A DNA stretch of 64,000 nt from Octopus sinensis (taxonomy: Eukaryota). The stretch lies in the NCBI RefSeq assembly GCF_006345805.1, contig NC_043003.1, positions 86,862,001 through 86,926,000 of the forward strand. The letters are read 5' to 3'. Below the pieces are notes generated by a model that was not told the origin of the DNA, did no database searches, and was given only the letters and a program-made list of their open reading frames with translations. Below, one piece after another: positions 26,851 through 40,928 of this stretch. The translations under genes were made by a program, and so were the position numbers. The stretch's first letter is position 1. The number at the start of each line of letters is the position of its first letter.

Positions 26851-27545
26851 ATTTCCTTCTTTCTTCAAATTTTCTTCCGTTTCTCGCCGAGTGTTTTCTG
26901 TTCACCTAGGGCAGAGAAGCTCATTGTATGCAGATTACACACGCAAATTCACAGGTAAAATATGTATTTATAAAATTAATAAATAAATAAATTCATGAAT
27001 GGATGTTGCTTTCACAGCGATAATGCTCTTCTCAGTAAATGAGTCGTTCCAGTTAACACGACTTTTTGCACTTCCTGTAAGGATGGTAAGCCTGGTATCA
27101 TTTTCAAATAGGTTTCAGTACCTTTTTATTATCATTCCTAGAGGTCCTACAATCATTGGGACTGTAGTCGCCTTGAGATGCCACATTTTTTAAAATTTCT
27201 ATTATCAAGTCTTTATATTTACTGATCTTGTCAAATTCTTTCGCCGCTATATTGTGATCACGAGGAATACTCATGTCAATTAATAAACACAACTTTTTTG
27301 TCTGATCTTTTATAATAGTATCCGGTTTATTAGCTTTTATAGTTTTGTCGGTATGTATGGAAAAGTCCCATAGAATCGACACATTTTCTCCCTCAGTCAT
27401 AGCTTCAGAATGGTGTCTATACAATTTGTCAACGGTTTTGATTTTATAATACCGACATATTGTCCAGTGTAAATGCTGACCGACTCTGTCATGTCTTGCT
27501 TTATATTCTACAAGTGCTAAGACTGTTCACCCTGAGATTAGGTTG
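26851..27545 (-). mobile_element. Third Dong/R4-like LINE 3' fragment
   Basis: ILWDFSIHTDKTIKANKPDTIIKDQTKKLCLLIDMSIPRDHNIAAKEFDKISKYKDL (RLE motif KPD..D..K..KY); 3' end abuts (TAC)n. Confidence 0.88.
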
Positions 27546-28017
27546 TCTATAGTTTCAAATTATTATTATTGTTGTTGTTGTTGTTGTTGTTGTTGTTTGT
27601 ATCAAATTATTCAGGAAAACCCATTACTCACTATTTCTTTTATAACTCTGATTCCGAACCAGATTTTCACACGAGATTATTTTATACAATGCATCAATTA
27701 TTTATCCTTGTCTGCACTAGATAGCATCCTTATTATTTAACTCGATTGAAGCAGTAAGAAAATAAACTGAAGTTAATCATGGAACTTGTATGTATCATTT
27801 AAATTCATCAGATCGGCATCTCGATTCAGTTCCTGTAGGTTGGTGAGAGAGAAATATCTTTGTGTAGTAAGTAGCTTGCTAACCAACCACATGGTTCCGG
27901 GTTCAGTCCCACTGCGTGGCATCTTGGGCAAGTGTCTTCTGCTATAGCCCCGGGCCGACCAATGCCTTGTGAGTGGATTTGGTAGACGGAAACTGAAAGA
28001 AGCCTGTCGTATATATG

Positions 28018-28048
<31 letters not shown>

Positions 28049-28634
28049 ATGTGTTTGTCCCCCTAGCATTGCTTGACAACCGATGCTGGTGTGTTTACGT
28101 CCCCGTCACTTAGCGGTTCGGCAAAAGAGACCGTTAGAATAAGTACTGGGCTTACAAAGAATAAGTCCCGGGGTCGATTTGCTCGACTAAAGGCGGTGCT
28201 CCAGCATGGCCGCAGTCAAATGACTGAAACAAGTAAAAGAGTAAAAGAGAGTAAAGAGACTAAATGTAGCAAGTAACTTCCTTATTCCTAAAATTGAATG
28301 TAATACCATAAAACAATGAAGCACTCGTCAATTTTACAGTGTCGTTGTTGCCCCTGCTTTGAAAATAAACATTGCGAGGTAACAAGCACTACGAAAAATT
28401 CGTTTGCTTTTCTATTGTTCCATCACCCTGATCATCTGCGAATATCCGGAAATGAATAAACTGATTGATAAGTCAATTTATTAAACTGTTTGTCATTTAT
28501 TGCTATATAGCATCTTGATTTATTGATTCATAACTGTTTTTTTTTTTTAATGGAATCTTTACCAATTTTTAATTTGTATCAGTTGTTTTCTGATAATAGT
28601 AATGATGTGGTTGTGGCAATGCAAAACAAGGCTA

Positions 28635-29054
28635 GGATCTTTTCGGCTTGAACGGCATTTTTTTCTAGCGGTGTCATATGAAATTATGACCCTAGTATCG
28701 ATCTATTGCATTTCAATCTGTTTTAGGGTTAGGGGTAGGGGGGAAGGGTATCCTTTTTGGATAAGATCCTTTTTTTTTCACTAATGTAAATAAACCCAAT
28801 CTGTTTCTTAAACGAGGGACATATTCATACGGCACAGAATGTTTTTTTTTACCTCAATAGACGTCAATGATTGGTTGAAATTGCAGAAATTGAAGAAAAA
28901 ACAACAACAAATATCTTACAAACCATAGAATTTTCTCAATAAAGCCGAGAGAAAAAGATGTTTTATAAACACATTCTACCAGTATACGAAGTTTAAAAGT
29001 GTTTAATTTCGTGGAAATTATTTTAAAAAACTGCCGTTCAAACCGAAAAGATCC
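28635..29054. mobile_element. 420-bp MITE-like element with 23-bp TIRs
   Basis: GGATCTTTTCGGCTTGAACGGCA (28635-28657) and TGCCGTTCAAACCGAAAAGATCC (29032-29054), one mismatch; internal TTAGGGTTAGGGGTAGGG near 28723-28740. Confidence 0.85.
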
Positions 29055-29599
29055 ACGATGTGGTTGTGGCAATGCAAAACAAGGCTAATCTTATCCAAAT
29101 AACCAAAGAAATGTAAAACGTATCGACGTGAAATTGGGATGAAGATTTAAAGTATTTGAGTAAAATGTCGAACTGGCAGAAACACAAGACTGGCGGAGAG
29201 AATGGCAGTTTATATTAATCCCTACCCTTTTACGTTTTAATTTCAAATCCCGTCGAGCTCTGTGTGACTTTTGCCATTTGGGATCGATAAGATATATTTT
29301 GAGATCAAGTCCGTCGACTCTACAACTTACCTAAACAAATAAACCAGCACTGAACAAAAAAAAAACAAGTCAATATTTCACTTGAAGAGACTGTATTAAT
29401 CCCCCCTTCGCCTCAGAGATTAGAGATTAAAGTCAGTGTAAAGAAATACTGGGCCTTAGCCAGGAATTCTACTCCTCAGATATTGGTTACATATACCTAG
29501 TTCCACTACGGTCGTGTGACAGACATAGAGCCACTCGGCAAAACTCTAAAATTACTTACACGTTGATATACTCGACCCATTTTCTATTGATTTCTTTGA

Positions 29600-31690
29600 T
29601 ACGACAAAAGCATTCAATTCTCTAAGAATGCTAATTCAGTGTAACTGTACCACGTGTATCTTATAAACTAACTCTATATAATTTGACACTCCTCTTTTTG
29701 TCACTCTTCTCTATAATAGTTTCGGGTACCCCATATCAGGGCCAACAGTCTAGTTGTAGATTTTGCTTAAAAGAAGCTCTCAAAATTCTAACCCACAACT
29801 GCTTAATAAATACAGCGAGGCCTTCACTACGTGTAAGCACAAATTCTTCCGCACTTTTAAATTCTTTCATAAATCTAAATGTAAGCTCACCCCCCCCCAC
29901 TAATAGCACCTACATACATACCCCTAGGATCATTAACGCATACCCTTTTCATATCTCTATAACTCTTATTTTTATCTTATGTCTTACCTCATATCTATCT
30001 ACCGTACCTCATCACACTATAAGATAAATATTAATTCTTTAATTTATCCTTAATTTATTTTAAACCTTAACACCAAAAATCCCTTAATCTAAACCCCTAA
30101 TTCTAACTCCTACTCATAAATAATTTAATATTCAACTAGCTCTTCCTTTCTCGACCACCTATGCACACACAGCCTCATCGCTAAAAATAACTCTACAGCC
30201 ACTGACCTTAGCCAGGACAGGCGCAAGCATTTTCAAACAAATTTCCTCCCCAACAACTTTACACTTTGAAACTACCAAACATCTACTAGTCTCTTTAAAT
30301 TCCTTTCATTTCGCTCTATTTTTTTTTTTTACTCTATTTTTTTACCCTATCTTCCTCTACCTCCTCATCCTCTCTCTTATCTTTTCGGCAGGCCCATACA
30401 CAATTCTTAGATACCATACACAAATACACAGTGCTTTATCATATAGCCGATCCTTAAACCCCCAATACTTCACTTTGTCCACCCCTCATTCTACTTCTTT
30501 TCTTTTCTCTACTTTTACCAATTAACTGCTACCCTTGCTACCATTCTGTTATTGAACGTTAATATGTTCGCGTTTTTTTCTTTGGATGTCTACTATATAA
30601 GGACTTCAACCAACATGGATATACGTTGGATTGCACCTAAAGACTCATGCTTTGGTTTCTATAACTTCAGAAAGTTGAACTATGAACATTTATGCCTCTT
30701 TTTTCTTCTTTCCTTCCATCTCATTCTTTTACGCCCTTCCTCTATGTTATCATCTTATTGATATGTACTATTCTTATCTTCCATATTTTTTTCTCCAATT
30801 TGTTTCTGGGATATCCCATACTCGAGGATATCCCAGAAAAAGCTGTAAGATTTTGAATTTCTTCCTGTAATAATATTGCATATGACGTGAGATGTTTGAC
30901 GTCCTGTTTAACAATTATATATATATGTATATATATATATATATGAAATTTAAATAATGAGAGTGATAAATTGAATATTAATTTAATTAACATCAATTTA
31001 AAACCAGTAGCCTAGCATATAGAAAAATCTGAAAATTCAGAAAAATTATATTACATGCGTATAAGAAGGGATGACCACTAAGTGGACATCCAATATGCTA
31101 GAAATAGATCACCTGCGATCTACCCACAAAGGAAAAGAATGTTCTCTAAAAAAATTCAGCTAACACCAGAACATAAGCGGGTAAGACAAATGACCTTTAC
31201 TACTCTCTTTAAATTCTTTTCATTTCGCTCTATTTTTTTTTTACCCTATCTACCTCTACCTCCTCATCCTCTCTCTTATCTTTTCGGCAGTCCCACAATT
31301 CTTAGACACCATACACAAATACACAGTACTTTATCATATAGCCGATCCTTAAAATCCCCAATACTTCACTCTGTCCACCCGTCATCCTACTTCTTTTCTT
31401 TTCTCTACTTTAACCAATTAACTGCCACCCCTGCTACCATTCTGTTATTGAACGTTGATATGTTCGCATTTTTTTCTTTTGATGTCTACTATATAAGGAC
31501 TTCAACCAACATGGATATACGCAGGATTGCACCTAAGGACTCATGCTTTGGTTTCTATAACTTCGGAAAGTTGAACTATGAACATATTTTGTCCTACCCG
31601 CTTATGTTCTGGTGTTTGCTGAATTTTTCTAGAGAACATTCTGTTCCTTTGTGGTTAGATCATAGGTGATCATCCCCTCTTATATATATA
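29600..31690 (+). mobile_element. Penelope-like element remnants (GIY-YIG C-terminus plus duplicated 3' region)
   Basis: Frameshifted IIVSGTPYQGQQSSCRFCLKEALKIL..LNKYSEAFTTCKHK at ~29710-29850 matches the PLE endonuclease tail CxxCLxE..LNK..E...CxH. 30290-30690 is repeated at 31200-31590. Confidence 0.7.
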
Positions 31691-31957
31691 TATATATAAT
31701 ATAAGCGGGATCAGCCATCTGAATGTGGCTAGGGACAGGGCGGGGTGGTGGGGGTGTTACTGATGCATTCCCTTTGCAGGCCAGCAAGGACACCGTGATG
31801 GTGTCGGCTCTTCTAGTGACGTCTATAGTCGCCTGGGGCTAAATGCATCAGTAACACCCCCACCACCCCGCCCTGTCCCTAGCCACATTCAGATGGCTGA
31901 TCCCGCTTATATTAAAGAGCAGTTACTGTTTATACCTCGCTCAGAGATTTATTATTG

Positions 31958-32063
<106 letters not shown>

Positions 32064-32949
32064 CGCAGGAGTGGTTGTGTGGTAAGTAGCTTGCTTACCA
32101 ACCACATGGTTCTGGGTTCAGTCCCACTGCGTGGCACCTTGGGCAAGTGTCTTCTACTAAAACCTTGTGAGTGAAAGAAGTCCGTCGTGTATGTGTGTGT
32201 GTGTGTATGTTTGTGTGTCTGTGTTTGTCCCACCAACATCGCTTGACAACCGATGCTGGTGTGATTACGCCCCCGTAACTTAGCGGTTCGGCAAAAGAGA
32301 CCGATAGAATAAGTACTAGGCTTACAAGAATAAGTCCTGGGGTCGATTTGCTCGACTAAAGGCGGTGCTCCAGCATGACCGAAGAAGACCATCACTGACC
32401 ATTAAGAACACAGCACTGCTCTCCTGATGACTAGTGAGCCCAACCCTTAATACACATACACGTCCACAGATATTGCGAGCCAAGCCTCCCCATTTACAAT
32501 ACTAATGCTGCGTTTTCGAGCCACTCACTTAAATACTGCATAAAAAATGCGTGTTTGGGGTTTTTTGCTTGTTTTTTGCTTTTCGAAAATACTTTAATCT
32601 GATTCCATTTCCTTTGTCGCTTGAAGATATATTTCATTGGCTAAGTGAATAATAACTGAAGCAAACTCGCAAACATTTAACTATAATTGCCGAACATAAA
32701 GGCTTTTGGTGTTGGCGAATTACAGTGAACAATATTAATAATTGCCGAATGAGAGGAAAGGAAAACTGCTCTGAAAATATAGAAAGCTATCTGTATGACA
32801 TCATGCGATCAGTCCAAAAATACACGAAGTCATCTGCGCAAATCTCTGAGGCACTTTGTGGCGATTATGGCTATCTGTCCTCTAAGTTACGCGTCAAAGA
32901 ATTTGTATAAGGGGCAAGAAGTCTAATCTTACAACATTCGAGAAAACCA

Positions 32950-34990
32950 TATCCCGCCACAACCTCACGCTGATTGCTCGACTTATAGACTAACCATGCG
33001 AAGCTAGTGGTTCACTCGTGGTGTCTGACCGAGTATCCAGTGGTTAGGTTTCGAATCCCTGCTACACCTGTGCCTGGAAGAAACTCTAGAAATAATTTTA
33101 TGAAAGGACAAATTCATTAGTAAGCTTTCTGAGGTTATATATATGTATAACAATCAACTAAAAAGCTCTTTATAGAGTTCGAAAAAAAATAATGTAAGAA
33201 ATTTCAGGTAATATTAGAACTGTTTATATCGACACGCTCATTAATATAAACGGATGACGTGTTGACAAGTTAGAATTGTTGTTGGCATGCTTGTTAAAGG
33301 AATTGTACTAAGTTGTATAAGTCGTTCGGTATCCCCTAAACAGAAGGCTTGCAATAACGAGTTATCATTGTTGCTTCCGTGTTCAGCAAAGTTCAGGTCA
33401 AAGACTTGAGGAAAACAAAACAATGGTTGTGAGTTCCAGAGGGCAGCTGTTCGAGGAAAGAAGCTATCAGAATAAAGAAACTTGTGACTAACAGGAAACT
33501 TTGTTGGGTTTCCCGGTTCTCACAACATAGTCACAACAGAGAAGCTATGCGCCTGGGGAGAGAAGCAAGTGACACGTTTAAAGGTGCTGAGAAAGTGTAC
33601 AAGACTACAAAGTTTATCAGAGCAATGAGCATGAAAATATTTATAGAAAAAACTACGCAAATACATTTCGACGATAAATCAGGACACCAACCGAGTAGGA
33701 AGAAGAGGACCCACCATGCTGACGACTTGATACTGAATTCCATCAAGTTAGTTGAGACACTCAGAGGAGGCTCCCAGCCAAAAGATGACACCATTATTCA
33801 ATGCAAGGTCGAATGGTGATACAAGATACTCATTGGCATAAGAAGTTTGCGAGTACGTAAGAGAATTCCCAAATTCTTGACAGTCAATATGGCAGTGGAC
33901 TGAACATATTAGTTCTAAGAGAGATCCTCGGTTAAAGTCAAATCAAGAAGTTGGATACTGTAGCTTTCTGGAAGATCATCTTCACCCAGAGCAACGGAGA
34001 GAAAGAATGGTTGCTTATAACGATTGACAAAGGCTACGACTTGTCAGCATTAAAATCACCAGCCATTCACGGTCCAACGCCACGACCGTGTGAAGACTAT
34101 CCTCAAGAAAGGCACCATACACAAAGCAGCTTTCTCAAGGCAGTTAGTTTTGTCATGATAAAAGTAAATAGTAGTGTCATCGGCATAGCTGGTAAGTTTA
34201 GAAGCTCATTAACGAAAAGGTAGAAAAGAGTAAGACCAAGTATAGAACCTTAAGGAAATCCCATCGTGCATCTAAGATACTATTCCAGGCTATCAATAAT
34301 AGCAATAAGAAGCATGTTCCCAAGATTGTTTCTAGACAACTAAAGGAATTTGTTGGGTGTAAACGGATACGGCCGAAATGACCTAATCTACGTCTTAAAC
34401 CATCGATCTGTCATTTGGATCTCTAAACATTGTCTTTACTCCGGAATCTAGATTGTTTTTCCTGTCGATTTGTTGTTTAGCTCCTGGCTGGCCATTCTCT
34501 AGCTGACTTACAATTAAGAGTATTTCAATCATAACCATTCGGGTTTTTTTTTACCTTCACGCGTAATGTATGTAATACCACTCTGTTTATTCGCCCTTCT
34601 AAGATGATAGTATATACGAACTTTGGTTACTGTTCCAAACATATCGAACAACCCATCTTCTCTAGGTTTGTGGAAGGGATGATTTCACTACCAATCCCAG
34701 GAACTGAGGTTGTCTTATTCTTCATGAGCTCCTTTAAGAAATTTATTTTGATCTGTTGCGATCACAGTAACTTTCGGAATGATCGACCCGTCTCTTTTGT
34801 AGGGAAACGGCTTTCAGATTTTAAATTACTAAAAAATCACTCTTCAGCAATAGTTTTTTTTTTTTACTCTGTCTTTACTGCCTGCGAAATAGCTTCCGAC
34901 TTTGTCTTTGCCCATGTCGGTGTCAACCTCTTCTAAGTCGATTCAAGAAAGGAATCATAGTAGTTTTCTTCATTTTCTCTTTCAACTGCA
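32950..34990 (-). mobile_element. Highly degraded CR1/L2-like LINE
   Basis: Scattered degenerate motifs in the expected order on - strand: LDLTLT (APE-like), STIPLTSMPTTIL (approx. RPISLTS..CKILE), W...SNQREVV (approx. W..FLSNR.QRVV). Many stops. Confidence 0.4.
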
Positions 34991-37900
34991 TCATTGATTC
35001 GCCTTTAACCATGCAGCAGAGATAAGAAACACATAAATCTACTTACATTGGAGTTGAAGCAAACTAGGTGAGTCTAATCATGGACTACGTTCAATTTTCA
35101 GGTGAAACCATTTCACTTCAGTTTCATTGCTGTTATTGTCTAGTTTCTAGTCAGCCTAGTCGAGTACCTCCATGATTAAAATCACTCTAACCGCGACGTT
35201 TTGGATAACTAGACTGTTGCAATATAAAGTATCTTATCGAAAAAAATGTCCAGTATATTGAACTCACTGACTGAGTTCCTCGAACTTTTTAAATCTATAT
35301 AGGAGTGCTTTCTTTGTACAGTTTCACTACTTACAGGCAGGCCACGATATAAATCTGCCCGTAAGCAGTGTCAGCTGTGAACGCAATTTTTTTCTTTTTT
35401 ATTCTAATTTGCAGATGATTGATGAAACTTCCTTTGTTTCCCGAAAAAACATCAAAACAAGAAAATTGCCGTCAAATAATAAACCCACAATAGACGCCGC
35501 CGTTTTTCAAGTCGCATTATTATTATTATTATTGTTTTTTACTTTGCAAATTCACTAAGAAATGACTTCAAATTTGATTTATTATACCAGAACTCATATT
35601 ACAACTTGTACAAATCGAGTTGGAAGAACTGTTACCACGCCGGATAACGTGCTAAGCGACATGCCTTCCGGTTTTGTGTTCAAATTTCGTCGAGATCGAC
35701 TTTGTCTTTTATTCTTTTGGGATCGATAAATTAAGTATTAGTTAAGCAATGGAGACGGTGTATTTTACTACCCCTCCCCCACCTACAAAAATTTCAGTCC
35801 TTGTAGTAGGAGGGATTATTTACATAGATTTCGGGACAAATCTTACTCAGGTTGTTACAAAAAAAAACGCTGACGCTGCCACTGTTTAGTATTACTGAGG
35901 TTAGGGATGTTACGGTTATTTTTCGGCTTAATTTCGGTTCTTGTACCTATAGTAGGAAGGATTATTTACAGATCTTACTCAGTCTGTTAAAAAAAACCTG
36001 ACGTTGCCAGTTTAGGATTATTGAGGTTATGGAAGTTACGGCTATTTTTGTGTATATTATTATTATTTTTGTTGTCTGCGCTGAGTAGAAAAGATAATAT
36101 TTATAGAATACCGTTTTGGTAGTGCTCTGAGATGTTGTGCACGTGTATAGCTGTTTAGATGCGGTTTTTTCCTGTTAAAACAGTCTGCATGGAAGATAGT
36201 TTACTTCGGTTATAAACAATGCTCCTCGCCTGCCAAGGTGGTCTTTCACTTTTAGTATTAACCTTCTGTTTTTCGTTGTGTAGATGGTCCATGGATTTGG
36301 TCTGAGTACAACTTCTGACAATATTTAATATACTTTTTTATGTTTTCCTCAGGAATTAATTGAGGTTTGTTGCAGAAAGTTTGTGCACCCAGGACTAGCA
36401 TAATCTATGATGTATCAAATGCATTGTTTCTCTCTTTTAGCTCAGTCTTGTACCTGTGAATGACCTAAGTATTTATACGTATATATTCGTGAAGGTGCAT
36501 GGCTCAGTGGTAACAGCATCGGGCTCACAATCATGTGATAGTGGATTCGATTCCCGAACCGGACTATGAATTGTGTTTTCTTTAGCAAGATACTTCATTT
36601 CACGATGCTCCAGGCCACTCAGCTATAGAAATGAGTTGCAGCATCACTTGTGCCAAACTGCATCTGCCTTTCCCTTGGATAAAATCGGTGGCGAGGGGAA
36701 GCTGGAATGCATGGGCGACTGCTGGTCTTTGATAAACAATTTTGCCCGGACTCGTGCCTCGGAGGGGAATTTTCAAGGTGCAGCTACATGGTCATTCGTG
36801 ACCGAAGTGGGTCTTTACGTATGTATTCGATTTGCTGTCTTTTTGATATGTTGTAGAGGTGCTGCATCTTCCAGTATTTTTGTCTTCTTTGTGTAAAATA
36901 TGTTTACATTGTTCGAAGTATGGTTGTTTTGGTTGCATATGATGTTTCTTGGTGTTACTAGTAGGGAGGGAGATAGTGGATATGGTAGATGCTATTTAAA
37001 TTTGTTTGTATGAAGTCGGTTTTCATTGGAGATTACAGGTGTGCAGCTGTGTTTGGAAAATAATGGGAGTTTGTGAGTCTGTAATCATCTATATGTAAGA
37101 TTGCACGTATGTTTTGAAGAAATGTAGAAATATCATGTGATCGTTGTGTTTGAGCATATGGATATATGTTTATATATATAGCATATATCTCATCTTTTGC
37201 TGCATGCAATAATTCTAATAGATTAAAGTAAAATAATCAGGAGAACTATAAAGAGATATGATTCCTTTGAACGGAAATAACACACAAATTCACTGATCAA
37301 CTTTTATTCTAGTTTTTCTTTCTTGTCAAATAATAGAGAGAGAGAAAATTATATTTCGGCTGCAAGTCTTAAGAATAATAATAGAATCTAGTGAAACAAA
37401 CAAGTTTTAGTGTATCTGGTTTTCAGAAACTGATTATAATATACATTAGATTCCAAAATCTAACCTACCCTTTTATGTGCTGTTATTGTCAATAGTGTGG
37501 AGGCGCACTGGCCCAGTGGTTAGGGCAGTGGGAGCGCGGTCGTAGGATCGCGGTTTCGATTCCCAGACCGGGTGTTGTGAGTGTTTATTGGGCAAAAACA
37601 CCTAAAGCTCCACGAGGCTCCGGCAGGGGGAGGTGGCGAACCCTGATGTACTCTTTTCACCACAATTTTCTCTTACTTCCTGTTTCTGCTGTACCTGTAT
37701 TTCAAAGGGCTAGCCTTGTCACACTCTGTATCACGCTGAATATCCCCGAGAACTACGTTAAGGGAACACGTGTCTGTGGAGTGCTCAGTTACTTGCACGT
37801 TAATTTCACGAGCAGGCTGTTCCGCTGATCGGATCAACTGGAACCTCCGTCGTCGTAACCGACGGAGTGCCACGTTTGTCAACAGGCTTCAAATTAACTC

Positions 37901-38953
37901 CTTACATTAGCTCAAGGCCTCTAATTATTAGTAGATGTTTTATAGTCGGTTAAACTGATATAAATTATTGTTTAGTATCATCGGATCGAAACAGGAGCAA
38001 TCAAAGATAAAGTTCATCTTGGTGATTTTTGGCGGTCTTCCATATTCACCATATATTCCGCCGAATAATATTTTAGGTGCAGGCATGTAATTAAGAAAAT
38101 TACCTTGCAACCACGTGGCTTCGGGTTCGGCCTTACTGCATAACACCTTGGGGAATTGCCTTCTACTACATTCCCCGTACTGACTAATGCCTCGTGAGTG
38201 AATTTGGTAGAAGCTTGTCATATATGTATGTGTGTGTGTGTGTGTTTGTGTTTGCACCCCACCCACCCCCGTTTGACAACTGATGTTGCTTTGTTTACGT
38301 TCACTTAACCTAGTGATTCGATAAAAGACATCGATAAAAAAAGAACCAGACTTTAAAAATATAAGGAGTGAATTTGTTTGATGAAAATCGTTCAAAGTGG
38401 AGCCCCAGCATAGACGCAGACCAATGACAGAAACAAGTAAAAAGTAAACGATAATTATAGCGCTAAGCAGTGATGAAGAATAAACGAACTTTAGATTAGT
38501 TTAATGAATATGATTGTAACATATTTCAACTTCTAATGTCAAATTCGCTACAGTTACTGCTTCCTCAGTTGGAGATACCAAAGAGAGATAACTCGAACAG
38601 ATTCTAAAGCCGTGGTTTTACCTGAAATGTTATCAGAGCTAAGCAGTGATGGGAGATGGGGGTATAGTATCATGTTTAAGTAAAAAGTGATGGTGAAAGA
38701 AATGTCTAAGTATTAAAGGTCAATCAATGACGATTGGCAGTGTGACTTAGATTTATTTTTTGGTGAAAAGCTGTGTGTTTGTGGCTTGGTGGGGAATATA
38801 GTCCCTTCAACTCCTAAATGCTCCTGGCTCTGCGCTCACTGTCTGTTATTTAGGGCATGTCAGTTTGACGTGATTCGCCCTTCAAAATTAAACGATGTGC
38901 CAAGTTGCAAGGAGTATCGAGTTACACTGCAGGTTTATTTTATCTATCTATCA

Positions 38954-39094
<141 letters not shown>

Positions 39095-40659
39095 GAGGCG
39101 CAATGGCCCAGTGGTTAGGGCAGCGGACTCGCGGTCGTAGGATCGCGGTTTCAATTCCCAGACCGGGCGTTGTGAGTTTTTATTGAGCGAAAACACCTAA
39201 AGCTCCACGACGCTCCGGCAGGGATGGTGGTGATCCCTGCTGTACTCTTTCACCACAACTTTCTCTCACTCTTACTTCCTGTTAAGGGTACACGTGTCTG
39301 TGGAGTGCTCAGCCACTTACACGTTAATTTCACGAGCAGGCTGTTCCGTTGATCGGATCAACCGGAACCCTCATCGTCGTAACCGACGGAGTGCTTCTAA
39401 AATATATAGTTTAGAGCTTTAAAAATATCTAAAACATCTGAACCCGGAACAATGTGGTTGGGAAGCAAGCTTCTTACCACACAGCCACGCCTGCACCAAG
39501 AACGAAATTTAGCTGTTTCTTGCAATAAATACATCTCGAACAAAATTTTTTCATGGACCCTTAATATACTGCTGTGGATCCCCAATTTACTATTTTGCTT
39601 TCGTGGACCCCGAAAAATCGTATACGCCCCCCATCCCTGGGATTATATGGACCGCGGTTGAGAACCTCTGATTGAGAGCTTCTGCTGTTTCCACCAATAT
39701 GCCGTTTGTCCATTAAGTTAGGATAAGAAACAGCAATGTTTACAAAATGTCCCAAACATTTGCTGGTAACATACTTCGGCTTCTTCCGACTGTTGCTGTT
39801 ATATTATTAGGGATTATCAACGTCTTTGCTGAAATATGTTGGTTATTTAACTACAAAGAAATATCTTCCACAGCCCTACTGATACTTGTTTACTTTACTT
39901 TGTCACTTGTATCTCTTTCTTTAATCAGTTCTTCTCCATTTTTCCCCCTTTTCCAGATCTACCAACAACCTGACTACCTCTGTGTGTGTGTGTGTGTTTT
40001 TGCATGTGTGTATGCATGTATGTATGTATGTATGTATGTATGTATGTATGTATGTATGTGTGTATATACATACACACACACACATATATGTACGACAGGA
40101 TTCTTTTAAATTCCGTCCACCAAATCAACCAGAAGCTATAGTAGAAAACACTTGCCCAAGGTACCACGCAGTGGGACTGAACCCAGAATCATCTGGTTGG
40201 GAAGCAAGCTTCTTACTACACAACCACATCTTTATAATATATGTATGTATATATCATACCCACACACACATATATACATTTTAATATATATATATACACA
40301 CGAGCAAAACGCCCCCGTCCAATGGACGGTGCTGAGTTGTCAAACATTTAAACCAAATTTTCTCAAAACAACTTGCCCGACCATAGGCCTCCCCTTTGAG
40401 AAACACTGATTTAATCTAAATTTAAGACACCAGCAAAAGAAGAAATAAAGATAGACTTTTTTCTATTCCAAAGAAAAACGATTTTATTCACACAAATATG
40501 CAACCGAAGAGTTTAAAATACCAATAATGATAAGGCTGTTGACTGGGAGAACACAAACATGGTTTAAACAGTAAGCTTGGCAGGAAAGAAACGTGCCTCT
40601 AAGCAGTACCAAAACAACAAAAAAAGGAAGGTGCAGCTATGTACAGGTTGACGGAAGAA

Positions 40660-40853
40660 AAGCAGGACAAAAACGGCTTTATCGATCGCATTCTCACCTG
40701 GAATCGACTTTTTGTAATTTTTTTCAAGACTTATACACGCCCTGATGCCGTCGGTATCTGCATATCAAATTTGAGCGCAATCGGATGGAGGATGCCCGAG
40801 ATCCTAGAAGACACACACACACAAACAGACAGAACGGATTTTATATAATAGAT
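40660..40853 (+). mobile_element. Helitron/Helentron-like non-autonomous element 3' end
   Basis: AAATTTGAGCGCAATCGG...ACAGACAGA...TTTTATATAATAGAT resembles Lep1/DINE-like rolling-circle element ends. Confidence 0.4.
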
Positions 40854-40871
40854 ATATATCATGAACTTATT

Positions 40872-40928
<57 letters not shown>

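Noticed and set aside
31082-31669. 195-aa ORF
   Set aside because: Low-complexity reading of a duplicated Penelope-like 3' region; the paralogous copy is frameshifted.
35415-35565. Acceptor-like TTTGCAG followed by a short ORF MIDETSFVSRK..
   Set aside because: No donor or recognisable homology, and the ORF runs into a TTA repeat.
37499-37575. tRNA-like sequence (also 39093 and the heads of SINE families A and B)
   Set aside because: No complete acceptor stem, and each continues into a multi-copy SINE body.
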